Both the position numbers and the translations under genes were made by a program. A stretch of DNA of 64,000 nt, from assembly GCF_001194135.2 (NCBI RefSeq), contig NC_069005.1:6621182-6685181 (forward strand), given 5' to 3'. This stretch comes from Octopus bimaculoides. Its lineage: Eukaryota. Every line of letters begins with the position of its first letter. Within the stretch, counting starts at the first letter, position 1. Positions 1 through 13,494 of this stretch are shown piece after piece. Below the pieces are notes generated by a model. It saw nothing but the letters and a program-made list of their open reading frames with translations. It did no database searches and was not told where the DNA came from.

Positions 1-924
1 TATATATATATATGTATGTATACATATATATATATGTATGGATGTATGTATGTATATGTATATATATGTGTACACACACATACATATATATATGTCTGCA
101 AATGATGTCTAATTCCTTAATGGACAGTACATGTGTGTGTGTGTGTGTGAGTCTGTAGAAACGGCTACCCTCCTTACAGGAAATACCTTACATAACTTCA
201 TCTCACACAATGTAGATAGATTCTTACAGCTCTTTCTTTCTTTCTTTCGTTTTCTCCCACTCTCACCCTTTCACATGCACTCTCTCTCGCTCCTCCTTCT
301 CTCTCTCCCCCCTTCTCCCATTGCTTTACTTTCCATTCTCCCCCTCCCCACCACCATCATCACCTCACTGCCTCTCACTCTTTCTCTCTCTATCTCTTCA
401 TCCCATCTCGTATTATCAACTTTTTTTTATCATTCCTTCATCTAGTTTCTCTTTAAACTTTTCTCTTTGAATGAGACCATACAAGTGTGAGCTCACAAGT
501 GTATAAATGGAACATCTGCATATGGTGATACGTATTTGTATATATATATATATGTGTGTATATATACATCTACATACGGAACATACACACTCATGTGTAA
601 TGCTAACACTAGATATAAAAAGATTCTGAACAAAGAAGAATTTAATAGCAATTTAGAGAATACAAATATAAATTTTATTTCTAGCAGGATTAAGGCCACA
701 AGATGGCAGTATCTTTAGCAAGATGGACAGGATGCTTGGCAGTATGTCTTCTGAGTCTTTATGTTCTGTGTTCAAATACTGCTGAGGTCACCTTGTCTTT
801 TGACTCTTCCAGGGTTGATAGCATTTGTATCAGTTGAGCAATGAGGTCAATGTAATCGACTAGTTCGAAATTTCAGGCCTTGTGCCTATAGTAGAAAGAA
901 GTGTTATTTTTATTATTATTATTA

Positions 925-980
<56 letters not shown>

Positions 981-1113
981 GAATGTTGAAGTGAATCTAA
1001 CGGTTTTTGTGTGTTATTTTAAATGGCGTATAAGCACCTTCCACGCTGCAATTGTTTACGTTCCAGCACACAATCTCAGATCAGGTCACTTGCTATGCAA
1101 GTACATCTCCGTA

Positions 1114-1148
<35 letters not shown>

Positions 1149-1249
1149 CATTATTATTTTTCTGTCGTTGTTTGTCCCTTCTACGTTTAGCCCCCTGTGG
1201 GCAATAAAGAAATAAATCATTATTATTATTATTATTAGTAATAATAAAA

Positions 1250-1470
1250 AGGTGGTGAGCTGGCAGAATCGTTAGCATGCCAGGCAATATGCTTAACAGC
1301 ATTTTGTCTGCCGCTACGTTCTGAGTTCAAAATCCACCAAGGTCAACTATGCCTTTCATCCTTTTGGGGTCAATAAATTAAATTAAGTACCGGTCAAGCA
1401 GTAGGGTTGATGCAACCGACTATCCCTCTCCCCAAAATTTCAGGCCTTGTGCCTTTAGTAGAAAGGGTTA
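1250..1470 (+). mobile_element. tRNA-derived SINE family C (central domain gcctttcatcc..ggggtcgataaaataagtaccag), usually with ATT tails
   Basis: Head ggtgagctggcagaatcgttagc...ctgagttcaaa. Other copies at about 770-900, 2340-2515, 9385-9500, 12985-13115, 26490-26730, 27985-28135(-), 28425-28640(-), 28650-28870(-), 57378-57600, 57618-57855 and 62955-63185(-). Confidence 0.8.
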
Positions 1471-1740
1471 TTACCTCCGCCTTAGCGAAGGCAGAGGTAT
1501 TGTTTTCAGTTGTGTTTGTTTGTTTGTCCGTGGACAAGATATCTCAAGAACCACTGGATGGATTCAGATGAAGCTTTCAGAGATGTTTGGCCTCATGACT
1601 GGCATGAACTGATTAGATTTTGGGATCAATCTGGTACCAGACAAGGATTCTGGATTATTTTTCCAGTTCTTTTACTTAATTTTTTCAGAGCAGTCAGGTT
1701 TATTTTTAGTATTCTTGTTCATGAAAGCAGTCGAGTCTAT
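1469..1740 (+). mobile_element. Helentron-associated (HINE/DINE-like) non-autonomous element, 5' part
   Basis: ttattACCTCCGCC-ttagcgaa-GGCAGAGGT hairpin followed by (GTTT)n and ggatggatt..gaagcttt, the usual HINE layout; runs into a gap. Confidence 0.5.
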
Positions 1741-2076
1741 NNNNNNNNNNNNNNNNNNNNNNNNNNNNNNNNNNNNNNNNNNNNNNNNNNNNNNNNNNNN
1801 NNNNNNNNNNNNNNNNNNNNNNNNNNNNNNNNNNNNNNNNNNNNNNNNNNNNNNNNNNNNNNNNNNNNNNNNNNNNNNNNNNNNNNNNNNNNNNNNNNNN
1901 NNNNNNNNNNNNNNNNNNNNNNNNNNNNNNNNNNNNNNNNNNNNNNNNNNNNNNNNNNNNNNNNNNNNNNNNNNNNNNNNNNNNNNNNNNNNNNNNNNNN
2001 NNNNNNNNNNNNNNNNNNNNNNNNNNNNNNNNNNNNNNNNNNNNNNNNNNNNNNNNNNNNNNNNNNNNNNNNNNNN
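1741..2076. other. Assembly gap (N run)
   Basis: Other gaps: 4253-4510, 7216-7482, 11088-11383, 15621-15630, 29019-29080, 34815-35134, 38794-38870, 50202-50359. Confidence 1.
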
Positions 2077-2236
2077 CTGTGGTGCTCTTATGTTTACTGT
2101 ATTGAAAGTGTTTTGCGTAGGATGTGTGCAGTACCCAGTAGTGCAATTTTCTGTATGTTATATATATTTGTAAGTCCTGGTGTTTTTGTTATGTATTTGT
2201 CTGAATATTTTTTTATTATACCTAAGGTACCTACTA
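2077..2236 (-). mobile_element. R4/Dong-like (RLE-bearing) non-LTR retrotransposon 3' coding end, abutting (TAA)n
   Basis: [47 protein letters not shown], adjacent to an ~80-bp (ATT)n run; continues into a gap. Confidence 0.7.
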
Positions 2237-2238
2237 TG

Positions 2239-2318
<80 letters not shown>

Positions 2319-2909
2319 AGGAAGGCGGCAAGCTGCCAAAATTGCTAGCGGGCCAAACTAAATGCTTAGTGTCTTTGCATTGTCGTTACAACTTCCACTG
2401 AGGTCATCTTTGCCCTTCATTAATTAAGTACCAGTCAAGTACAGGGGTCAATGTACATGGCTATCCTCCTTCACGCAAATTCCAGCTCTTTGTGCCTGTA
2501 GTGGAAAAGATTATTATCATCATTGTCTATTGATTCTAGCTGCTGTCCATCCCTTTTCGGGATGCAATCCATGATTCTAGAATGACAAAGGATGCGTTGT
2601 TACTATTTAATGGCAAGCTCCATTCTGGTCATGTTGGCTCGTCTCAAGAGGCTGATTTTTTTGGAGCTCATGGATGCTAATGGTTATCAAGTGGTTTGCC
2701 AGTGAATTCATTCAGTATTTTTTTCCATGAACCCTAAAGCACTGATAACGATAAGAACCACTTCACCACTTCGGCATTCATTGTCCGCATCCGGTTTATT
2801 CCCATCGCTAAAGATCATATTTTTTTTTTTTTCCATGAATTTTGTGGATGTGTCTCTTATCTATTGTTACGCATTTCACTTCCTTGATAATGATGACCAG
2901 ACATTCTAC

Positions 2910-3103
2910 TATCATCATCATCATCATCATCATCATCACCATCATTACCATCATCATCATCATCATCATGTCAGCACCACCACCACCAACACCATCATCA
3001 TCACCACCACCATCATCATCATCATCATCATCACTACCATCATCATCATCATCACCATCACCATTATCACCGTCACCATCATCATCATTGTCATCATCAC
3101 CAT

Positions 3104-3135
<32 letters not shown>

Positions 3136-3140
3136 TCACC
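2910..3140. repeat. (CAT/CAC)n mosaic trinucleotide repeat
   Basis: Direct reading; similar tracts at 4980-5450 and 9500-9610. Confidence 0.9.
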
Positions 3141-3599
3141 AGAGCAATTCTGAGGCAGTCCTTGAAACTCATTTTGGGCTTATGTCCTGGCCTCCTACCA
3201 TCTTCTAGCTCACCATACAAAAGTAGTTTGGGAAGTCTTTCATCATTCATTCTTACCATGCCCACCCCACCTCAAACGTCTTTGCAGTATCATTGATTCT
3301 ACACTCCTACTACCACTTCTCTCAAGTACCTCTCCCACATCCCTGATTGCCATTTTCCAATTTATCCCAAGAATTTTCCTAAGACAATACGTACTTTACT
3401 TGTTTCAGTCATTTGACTGCGGCCATGCTGGAGCACCGCCTTTAGTCGAGCAAATCGACCCCAGGACTTATTCTTTGGAAGCCCAGTACTTATTCTGTCG
3501 GTCTCTTTTGCTGAACCGCTAAGTTACGGGGACGTAAGCACACCAGCATCGGTTGTCAAGCGATGTTGGGGGGACAAACACAGACACACAAACATACAT

Positions 3600-3660
<61 letters not shown>

Positions 3661-4030
3661 TATGACAGGCTTCTTTCAGTTTCCGTCTACCAAATCCACT
3701 TACAAGGCTTTGGTCGGCCCGAGACTATGGTAGAAGACACTTGCCCAAGGTGCCACGCAGTGGGAATGAACCCGGAACCATGTTGGTAAGCAAGCTACTT
3801 ACCACATGGCCACTCGATGGTATCATTTCAAATGCCTTAAATGCTTATAATAAACATCCGATAGCAGGACACATGTGTTTATAGACCCTAACTTTAATTT
3901 GGAAAAATGGACTATAGCGTGACCAGAGATGTTGGTCAAGCTTATCAAAAGCAATACTGGCCTTGCTGATTCGATATGAAATTTCATCATCAAGACCAGA
4001 AGTGCTCAAAGTACTTCCTAAATAAATGAA
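3140..4030 (-). mobile_element. RTE/BovB-like LINE RT fragment, interrupted by a SINE
   Basis: FIYLGSTLSTSGLDDEISYRISKASIAFDKL, then after the SINE CLRKILGINW...QRRLRWGGH, RMNDERLPKLLLYGELEDGRRPGHKPKMSFKDCLR. Confidence 0.8.
3394..3815 (-). mobile_element. SINE family A
   Basis: Reverse complement of the 13292-13706 element; nested in an RTE RT fragment. Confidence 0.85.
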
Positions 4031-5694
4031 TTCTTTAAGGTGCTGCTCCAACATGGCCACTGTCCAATGACTGAAGCAAGTAAAAGATACATACATGCAT
4101 GCAAACACACACACACACACACACACACATGATATAAAGGATTATCCCTCTAGCTTATCCAACAAGAGATGATGCCGATGGGTTGCAGGATGTCTGCCGC
4201 CAAATTAGAATTAAAGCAGAACTGGGATCAGGGGGTGGGGTGGGGGTAGAGANNNNNNNNNNNNNNNNNNNNNNNNNNNNNNNNNNNNNNNNNNNNNNNN
4301 NNNNNNNNNNNNNNNNNNNNNNNNNNNNNNNNNNNNNNNNNNNNNNNNNNNNNNNNNNNNNNNNNNNNNNNNNNNNNNNNNNNNNNNNNNNNNNNNNNNN
4401 NNNNNNNNNNNNNNNNNNNNNNNNNNNNNNNNNNNNNNNNNNNNNNNNNNNNNNNNNNNNNNNNNNNNNNNNNNNNNNNNNNNNNNNNNNNNNNNNNNNN
4501 NNNNNNNNNNCTCCTACCTCTGCAATCCACTACACAGACACACCTTTGATCCGGCTGCCGTTCCACCCACGCCCACCTCCACCCAAATTACACATATCTG
4601 CTCTGTTCCCTTTATCAACTCCCTTCTGCCTCCCCCCCCCCACGCCACTCTGCTTCCTCTTCCAGCCCACCTTATGGTGGCAATAGTCAGTGGGGGGTTG
4701 TTGTTGTTGTTGTTGTTGTTAGTGGTGGTGGTGGTGGTGATGGTGGTGGTGGTGGATAGGGTGGATAGGAGAAGGTGGGAGGAGTGGCCCCAGTTTTTTA
4801 TGAATGCTGTGTTTGCTGGCTGCATGTTAAGTTAGTCATTTAGTTTTTTCTTCAGGCTCACCTCATCCTGGTCACCACCACCATCGCCCCCAACACCAGC
4901 ACCACCACCACCATCATAAAACACCCTAAACCTCACCCCCCCAACTAACTAACCCTCCACTGCTCTCCTCCCAACTGTCAGCAGCACCACCACCATCACT
5001 ACCACCACCTCCACTACCACCACCTCCACTACTGCTGATGTTCAACACTACTCCACCCCTTACACTCACCAGCTGTCATCATCATCATCATCTTCACCAC
5101 CGCCATCATCGTCATCATCATCAACACCACCATCTTCATCATTATCATCATCACCAATACCACCACCACCGCCACTACCACATCATCATCATCATCATCA
5201 CCATCTTCACCATCTTCACCATCATCATTATTGTCATCATTATACTCATCACCCCCACCGCCACCATCGTTGTCGTTGTCGTCGGCACCACTACCACTAC
5301 CATCACCACAATCATCATGATCATTATCAGCATCATCACAACACCTTCGTCATCACCACTACTGGCATTGTCAACACCGCCATCATCATTATCATCATCA
5401 CCACTACTACCACTGTCATCATCATCATTATCATCATCATCATCCTCAAACACATGGGAATCCACCATTGCTTGTGATCTTACCCCTCCTCCTCCACCAC
5501 TGTTATAACAACTACTCCTCCTCCACCTCCCATACTACTTACTGCTCACACGTTCTACATCATATCACTGCAACACCAGCACCACCACCACCACCAACAC
5601 ACCCCCTGTCACTGCCTCACCATCATTCACGCTTCATATATTGCATGCCATCACATATCTCTACAGACACACAGATATCTGTATAACACCAACG

Positions 5695-5734
<40 letters not shown>

Positions 5735-5979
5735 TACACACATGCACATACGCCAACCACTCTGAGAGTGTAGTGGGTGCTTTTACGTGCCACCGGTACG
5801 AAGGCCAGTCAGGCGGTACTGGCAATGGCCATGCTCGAAATGGTGTATTTTATGTGCCACCTGCACAGGAGCCAGTCCAGCGGCACTGGCAATGATCTCG
5901 CTCGAATGTCTTTACACATGCCAATATATTTTATAATTTTTAACTCCAAACTTTTGGCTTCTCTGGACTAAAAACTACA

Positions 5980-6525
5980 GAAATCCGATATATCCAATCA
6001 AAATTTCATCAGCACTAAGTGTAGAAAACAGTTTTTTATGCCAGTTTATCTTTTGTTGAGGAATGTCATGTTCGTAACCATTTTCTTTTGAGATATGTCA
6101 AGTTTACTGAGGCAATGTGACATGCAGAAAATGCCAATTCTCTTTTTTGGAATAGATATTTATCATCATTATTGGAATAACCATGAAATTTAATTTCACA
6201 GTGGAAAGGTTAGAATTAGTTAAATACAACATAAAACGAATTAGGAATGTCACCAAAGTCATAATCAACTTCGTTAGCGTAATCATCTTCATCATTGTTG
6301 CTATCATTAGTTAACCCTTTCACTGTGGAAATCAGATATACCCACTTGAAATTTCATTACCCTTAATTGCGGAAAGCAGTTTTATATCCCAATCTATCTT
6401 TTGTTGAAGAATGTCATGTTTGAAACTATTTTCTGTTTAGATATGTCAAGTTTATTGAGGCAACAGGACTTGCAGAAAATACCAATTCTATTTTTTGGTA
6501 GATAAATTTAATATCATTGCTAGAA
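5980..6525. mobile_element. Two adjacent copies of a second ttaaccctt-type MITE
   Basis: 5980-6190 is similar to 6330-6525; tttcacagtggaaaggtta (6195) is the inverse of taacccttttcactgtggaaa (6311). Confidence 0.5.
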
Positions 6526-6818
6526 TCATCATCATCGTTTAGCATCTGCTCTCCATGCTGGCATGGGTTGGATGGTTTGCATGTGTTGGAACTGGCTAGC
6601 AGGGAGCTGTCCAGACTCCAATGGTCTGTTGTGGCACAGTTTCTATGGCTGGATGCCCTGCCTAATGCCAACCACTTAGCAGAGCCACCAGCACATGTGT
6701 GGCGTTCATGCAGCACCATGAAAATTAATTTCCTTTTTAAAGGGTTTAAGGAACCCTCCTGCAAACTTTGGGAGGTTCTTGGGCCATGTCCCATGTTGGC
6801 TCGTTGACCTATTGGCCC

Positions 6819-6849
<31 letters not shown>

Positions 6850-6949
6850 TATAAACACATAGATATATGTATATATAAATATATATATACATAGACACAC
6901 ACACATATATATGTGCATGTGTGCGTATATCTATCTATCTATCTATCTA

Positions 6950-7012
<63 letters not shown>

Positions 7013-7169
7013 GTATGTACGTACATATGCAGACATACATACTTATATATGTATGTATATACATACATATATATGCATACATATGTGTGTGTATATATAT
7101 ATAGATATGTATATATATATATAAATATATGTATATATATATATAAATATATGTATATATATATATAAA

Positions 7170-7215
<46 letters not shown>

Positions 7216-7914
7216 NNNNNNNNNNNNNNNNNNNNNNNNNNNNNNNNNNNNNNNNNNNNNNNNNNNNNNNNNNNNNNNNNNNNNNNNNNNNNNNNNNNNN
7301 NNNNNNNNNNNNNNNNNNNNNNNNNNNNNNNNNNNNNNNNNNNNNNNNNNNNNNNNNNNNNNNNNNNNNNNNNNNNNNNNNNNNNNNNNNNNNNNNNNNN
7401 NNNNNNNNNNNNNNNNNNNNNNNNNNNNNNNNNNNNNNNNNNNNNNNNNNNNNNNNNNNNNNNNNNNNNNNNNNNNNNNNNNATATATATATATATATAT
7501 ATATAACTGTAGTTCCTCTTGCTTCTCAACTTCTGCAGTTTCCATTGACCAAATTCCATTCACTGTGAGATTGGAACTACGTGGCTGTGAAGTGAACTTC
7601 TTAAGCCCACAGCCATTCTTACGCCTGTATACACACACACACACACACACACACTTTTTCTCTCTCTCCTTTATATGTGGAATGGCAAGGTGGATACATG
7701 CTTCCTTCCTAACCACATGGCTCCAGGTTCAGCCCCATCGTGTGCCATCTTGTATTTGTCTTTTGCTTAAGCGACATGTATAAAATGGCTTGCTTTCTCT
7801 GCAGCTTTTGACAATTTCCTGTTGCCATTTCCTCTCTTCTTTACAGCCATTCCAAGACCCCTTCGCAGCTGATCAAACTCTGGTTCCAACAAATCTTGTA
7901 ACGTCTTAATCCCC

Positions 7915-8419
7915 TTAACCCCTTAGCATTCAAGCCAGCCATATCCAGCCCAAATGTTCCACCTGTTTTATGTTCAAACCAGCCAGATCTGGCCTTTTAC
8001 ACCTGTGTTGTGGAATCGTGTGGCCTAGTGGTCAAGGTGCTGGATTCATGATTGTAAGATTGTGGTTTCAATTCCTGGACCAGGTGACACATTGTGTTCT
8101 TGAGCAAAACACGTCATTTCACATTGCTCCAGTGCACTCAGATGGCAAAAATGAATAATCCTGTGATAGACTCGCGCCATATCTAGCGGGGAATATATAC
8201 ATCAGAGAAACCAGGAAACTGACCCTATGTGGCTATATGACTCAGGAAGGACCTTCATCCTTAAACCTTATATATCTCACACCAACCCTACAGTGTCATT
8301 CTAAAAACAATCACATCATCGAAATCTCAAAGCTATGAGGTAATGTATGATAAATTCAAAACTATTTGAATAAATAAGCATTGCATTTGACAGAGTTAAT
8401 CTGAATTCTGTAGGGTTAA
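7915..8419. mobile_element. TTAA-flanked MITE (piggyBac-like ends) interrupted by a SINE at 8005-8265
   Basis: ttaaccccttagcatt ... ctgtagggttaa. The same family occurs at 27142-27580, 41754-42540, 49180-49370 and 51970-52175. Confidence 0.7.
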
Positions 8420-8572
8420 ACTGACCTTATCTGACCCAAATATTCTCCCCGTTTTACATACAAACCAGGCAGGTCTGGCCTCTCACACCTACCCTACAAT
8501 GTCATCCTAAAAACAAACAATTACATCATCAAAATCTCAAAGCTATGAGGTAATGCATGATAAAGTCAAAGC

Positions 8573-8985
8573 TACTCTTTTACTTATTTCAGTCATTTGA
8601 CTGCGGCCATGCTGGAGCACCGCCTTTAGTCGAACAAATCGACCCCAGGACTTATTCTTTGTAAGCCTAGTACTTATTCTATCAGTCTCTTTTGCCGAGC
8701 CGCTAAATTACAGGGACGTAAACACACCAGCATCAGTTGTCAAGCGATGTTGGGGGACAAACACAGACATATAAACATATACACACACAAATATATATAT
8801 ATATATATATATACATGCTTCTTTCAGTTTCCGTCTACCAAATCCACTCACAAGACTTTGGTCGGCCCGAGGCTATAGTAGAAGACACTTGCCCAAGGTG
8901 CCACGCAGTGGGACTGAATCCGGAACCATGTGGTTCATAAGCAAGCTACTTACCACACAGCCACTCCTGCGCCTATATAGGAAAA
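8573..8985 (-). mobile_element. SINE family A
   Basis: Homologous to 13292-13706. Confidence 0.85.
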
Positions 8986-9338
8986 TAAGGTTAGAGAGGG
9001 AAGTGTTGTCTTCTGGCCAGTTTGCTGAATGGGAACGGGCCTGCCCTGTAGTTGGAAAAGTGTAAAGGAAAAAACACACCTGCCCCAAAAGTCAGGGTAC
9101 CCATGGTTTTTTTATGGGGTTTTTCCATGAGCAGCCCTTGAACATCTCCACCCTATCGAGGATTACATATTGTTAATTTCTGTCTTCCTTCTTTTTTTTT
9201 TTTAATTTTGCTCATCTTGTTTACACACAAAACCCTCACAACACACACTTACACACATACACACACAGATTCTTTGTTTTGCCCTGTACTGTCCATAATG
9301 TTTTTCTTAATGTAAGCCCTTGTGGCTAATAAAGAAAC

Positions 9339-9377
<39 letters not shown>

Positions 9378-9503
9378 TATTATTATTCTAATTCTGCCAA
9401 GGTTGACTTTGCCTTTCATCTGTTCTGGGGTCGATTACGATGTAATCGACTAGCATCCTCCCCCAAAATACCTGGCCCTGTACCAAAATTTGAAACCATT
9501 ATT

Positions 9504-9543
<40 letters not shown>

Positions 9544-9970
9544 CCATTATCGCAGTAGTAGTAGTAGTAGTAGTAGAAGTAGTAGTAGTAGTAGTATTAG
9601 TGGTGGTGGTTATGCTTGGATTCTCCAGAATGTGTTTGTATATGTTTATGTGGATAGGTGTATCAGTATTTTTGTGTATGTCTGTATGTATGTGCTTGTT
9701 TGTGTGTATGTCTGTGTGCATAGGTTTGATGTGTGTGTGTGTGTGTGTGTGTGTGAATATGGGTTTCAGTATGTGTGTGTGTGTGTCTGTTGGTGTTTCT
9801 ATATTGTTCTACTATTTCAATCCAAGTATAGTATTACCTGGCACACTGCACCACCTCTGTCATGTCAGGTGAGTTAATTAGAAGCAAGGATGGGTAGTGG
9901 CAGCGGCGGCAGTGGAAAGAAGGAAGGGAGGTTCAATACTGCATCTAGTAGTAGTAGTAGTAGTAGTAGT

Positions 9971-10006
<36 letters not shown>

Positions 10007-11446
10007 CCTTTGCACCCTCTCTCATTCAGAGTCTGTCCCTCACTTCCACTTATTGTACCTCACACTGTTCCTCCTCCACCACCACCACCACCACATCAGC
10101 CTACCATTATGCCAAAGGCCTACAAAAGAGCCTATGAGTGGCCATTGCCCGACATCCTAGAAATAGCAGACAAATCTCCCTCAAATCATGCAGAATTGAA
10201 AAGGCACGTTGGTTTATGTAGTCTACTAAGTGGATACTCCCAAATAAAAAGATAGGATGGGTGATGCCTTGGCTTGCATGCCTCTCTGTCTGTCTCTCTC
10301 TCCCTCCCTCATAGGTCTCATCAGCTGAGATCATCATAGTTAAGTTGGAGCTACACAGCAACCAGCCTTACACCAGCTTCTCTCTACATTTATGTTGTCT
10401 TAATGAAGGCACATGGTTTAGAGTTTAAGGTATTCGACTCACGATCATAAGGTCGTGAGTTCAATTCCTTGTGATGCATTATGTCCTTGGGCAAGACACT
10501 TTATTTCACGTTGCTCCAGTCCCACTCAGCTGGCAAAAATGAGTTGTACCTGTAATACAAAGGGGCCAGGCCAGCCTTATCATATTTAATGTCTCATGCT
10601 GAATCTCTCTGAGAACTATATTAAGAGTACACGTGTCTGTGGAGTACACAGCCACTTGTGCTTTAGTATCACGAGCAGGCTGTTCTGTTGATTGGATCGA
10701 CTGGAACCCTCGTCGTCACCGATGGAGAACCAGTTTTTTTTAAATATTTTTTTATGTTGCTCTTACCTGCTCTTACATCACCTCCACTTTCACCCACCAA
10801 CCCTCACCATAGCTCCTTTGGTTAATCACTCTAGCACCTCCACACCTCCACACCACCACCACCACCACCTTCAACTGTTACTCCTTCCACCCTGGTCTCA
10901 CCTCATTATATATCATTATATATATATATATAGTTACAACTATGGAAATCAGTCAACTGTGAAATCTTTACTCCAATTCCACAACATCACATTGGTGTAC
11001 AGTTGTACTGTTGCTATGGTGATAGTGATAGGTACACAGACCTCACTGACAACATTCATACACAATCTGTGGTAGGTGTGTGTAAGTNNNNNNNNNNNNN
11101 NNNNNNNNNNNNNNNNNNNNNNNNNNNNNNNNNNNNNNNNNNNNNNNNNNNNNNNNNNNNNNNNNNNNNNNNNNNNNNNNNNNNNNNNNNNNNNNNNNNN
11201 NNNNNNNNNNNNNNNNNNNNNNNNNNNNNNNNNNNNNNNNNNNNNNNNNNNNNNNNNNNNNNNNNNNNNNNNNNNNNNNNNNNNNNNNNNNNNNNNNNNN
11301 NNNNNNNNNNNNNNNNNNNNNNNNNNNNNNNNNNNNNNNNNNNNNNNNNNNNNNNNNNNNNNNNNNNNNNNNNNNNNNNNNNNTATATATACACATACAT
11401 ATATATATATAATCTTTTTCCTCTATTTACACACACACACACATTT

Positions 11447-11850
11447 TCTCTTTTACTTGTTTCAGTCATTTGACTGCGGCCATGCTGGAGCACTGCCTTT
11501 AGTTGAGCAAATCGACCCCAGGACTTATTCTTTGTAAGCCTAGTACTTATTCTATCGGTATCTTTTGCCGAACCGCTAAGTTACGGGAACGTAAACACAC
11601 CAGCATCGGTTGTCAAGCGATGTTGGGGGGACAAACACAGACACACGAATACACACACACATCCATATATATATGCATATACATATATACGACGGGCTTC
11701 TTTCAGTTTCCATGTATCAAATCCACTCACAAGGCTTTGGTCGGCCCGAGGCTATGGTTGAAGACACTTGCCCAAGGTTCCACGTAGTGGAACTGAACCC
11801 GGAACCATGTGGTTGGTAAGCAAGCTATTTACCACACAGCCACTCCTGAT
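11447..11850 (-). mobile_element. SINE family A
   Basis: Homologous to 13292-13706. Confidence 0.85.
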
Positions 11851-11946
11851 ATTTTTAATATCTAAATATGTTGACAAAGCAAAAGCAATTGTTGGCTTTG
11901 TAAGGTGTGATTTTCTATCTCCATATTTTTGTTGTTGTTGTTTTAC

Positions 11947-11977
<31 letters not shown>

Positions 11978-11999
11978 GTTATGGTGTATTCTGTTAAGG

Positions 12000-12095
12000 G
12001 CGTAGTGAAGATAAATTGGAGGGAGTTCTTCAGAGCAGTTGTTAAATCTGTGCTTGTCTATGGATCTCCAACTTGGACCCTCACCAAGAGACTTT
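12000..12095 (+). mobile_element. Short RTE-clade RT fragment
   Basis: FFRAVVKSVLVYGSPTWTLTKRL matches the RTE motif ...SVLLYGSETWTLTK. Confidence 0.6.
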
Positions 12096-12227
12096 AAAAA
12101 CAAGTGCTGGGGTCAATTCATTTGCCTATAATTCTTCTAGGCGATGCCCCAGCATGGGCTGCAGTCTAGTGACCGAAACAAGTAAAAGTTTTTTAAAATC
12201 TTTTTTGTTTTTGTTTAAATAAAACAG

Positions 12228-12610
12228 TGGAGGCGCAATGGCCCAGTGGTTAGGGCAGCGGACTTGTGGTCATAGGATCGCAGTTTCGATTCCCAGACCG
12301 GGCGTTGTGAGTGTTTATTGAGCGAAAACACCTAAAGCTCCACAAGGCTCCGGCAGTGGGGTGGGTGGTGAACCCTGCTGTACTCTTCCACCACAACTTT
12401 CTCTCACTCTTACTTCTTGTTTCTGTTGTACTTGTAATTCAAAGGGTCAGCCTTGTCACACTGTGTCACGCTGAATATCCCCGAGAACTACGTTAAGGGT
12501 ACACGTGTCTGTGGAGTGCTCAGCCACTTGCACGTTAATTTCACGAGCAGGCTGTTCTATTGATCGGATCAACTGGAACCCTCGACGTCGTAAGTGACGG
12601 AGTGCCAACT
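12228..12610 (+). mobile_element. tRNA-derived SINE family B, full length
   Basis: A box TGGCCCAGTGG, B box GTTTCGATTCC, 3' end ggaaccctcgacgtcgtaagtgacggagtgccaac. Other copies at 18305-18690(-), 49610-50670(-, split by a LINE) and 56425-56805(-). Confidence 0.85.
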
Positions 12611-13291
12611 AACTAAATAAAACAAGTTTTATTTCTTTGAAATAAAGAGTAAATAGTTTCTTTTTTTTTTTTTATACCATGTATTTACAGATATGAAAGT
12701 AAAAATACAAAAATTCCTATTCATATAACAAATATTTTTTTTGTATAATAGTTTTCTTGAAAATATATTCGTTAATGTTTCCACAAGGTCAGTTTTATAT
12801 ACAAAATACACAAAAAGAAAAAAAAAGTGGGAGGAGAGAGAGAGAGAAAAGATCACATGTTGCTTACAGGCTTTCATGAGAAAAGTTTTACTGAATAAAT
12901 TTTAGTCCATAATTGCAGCCAAAAGAGCTTTTGTACTAGAAGGAAAGTCTACATATTGTTATTAGTGTTGTTGCTGTTGTTGTTAAGGTGGTTAGTTGGC
13001 AGAATGATTAGCATACCACACAAAGTGCTTAGCGGCATTTTGTCTTTCTGTCTTTATACATTCTGAATTAAAATTCTGCTAAGGTCAGCTTTGCCTTTCA
13101 TCTTTTCGGAGTCTCGCTCGCAGCTTGAAATATTGCAAAATAAATTACTTCTTCAGCCAGGAAACCTTAGGCAGCTGTAATTAACAAGACTTGTGGCTTT
13201 TATTGTAACATTGTAACATTTTATTATAACTTCTTAGCTGATCAATTGCTATTCTACTTGTTGGAGCCTTACCACATAATCATATATATAT

Positions 13292-13463
13292 AGGCGCAGG
13301 AGTGGCTGTGTGGTAAGTAGCTTGCTTACCAACCACATGGTTCCGGGTTCAGTCCCACTGCGTGGCACTTTGGGCAAGTGTCTTCTACTATAGCCTCAGG
13401 CCGACCAAAGCCTTGTGAGTGGATTTGGTAGACGGAAACTGAAAGAAGCCCGTTGTATATATG

Positions 13464-13494
<31 letters not shown>

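Noticed and set aside
4178-4249. ATG GGT TGC AGG ATG TCT GCC (MGCRMSA), resembling a myristoylated Galpha N-terminus, as Gv exon 1
   Set aside because: The frame stops after 23 codons, does not resemble the helix/KILLLG segment and has no good phase-1 donor; probably chance, although it borders a gap.
7800-7910. Short open frames with an acceptor-like ttacag
   Set aside because: No recognisable homology, no donor, and unrelated to the Gv N-terminus.
12228-12305. tRNA-like sequences at SINE heads (also about 13292, 18620 and 56730) as tRNA genes
   Set aside because: They have A/B boxes but no closing acceptor stem and are attached to repeated SINE bodies.
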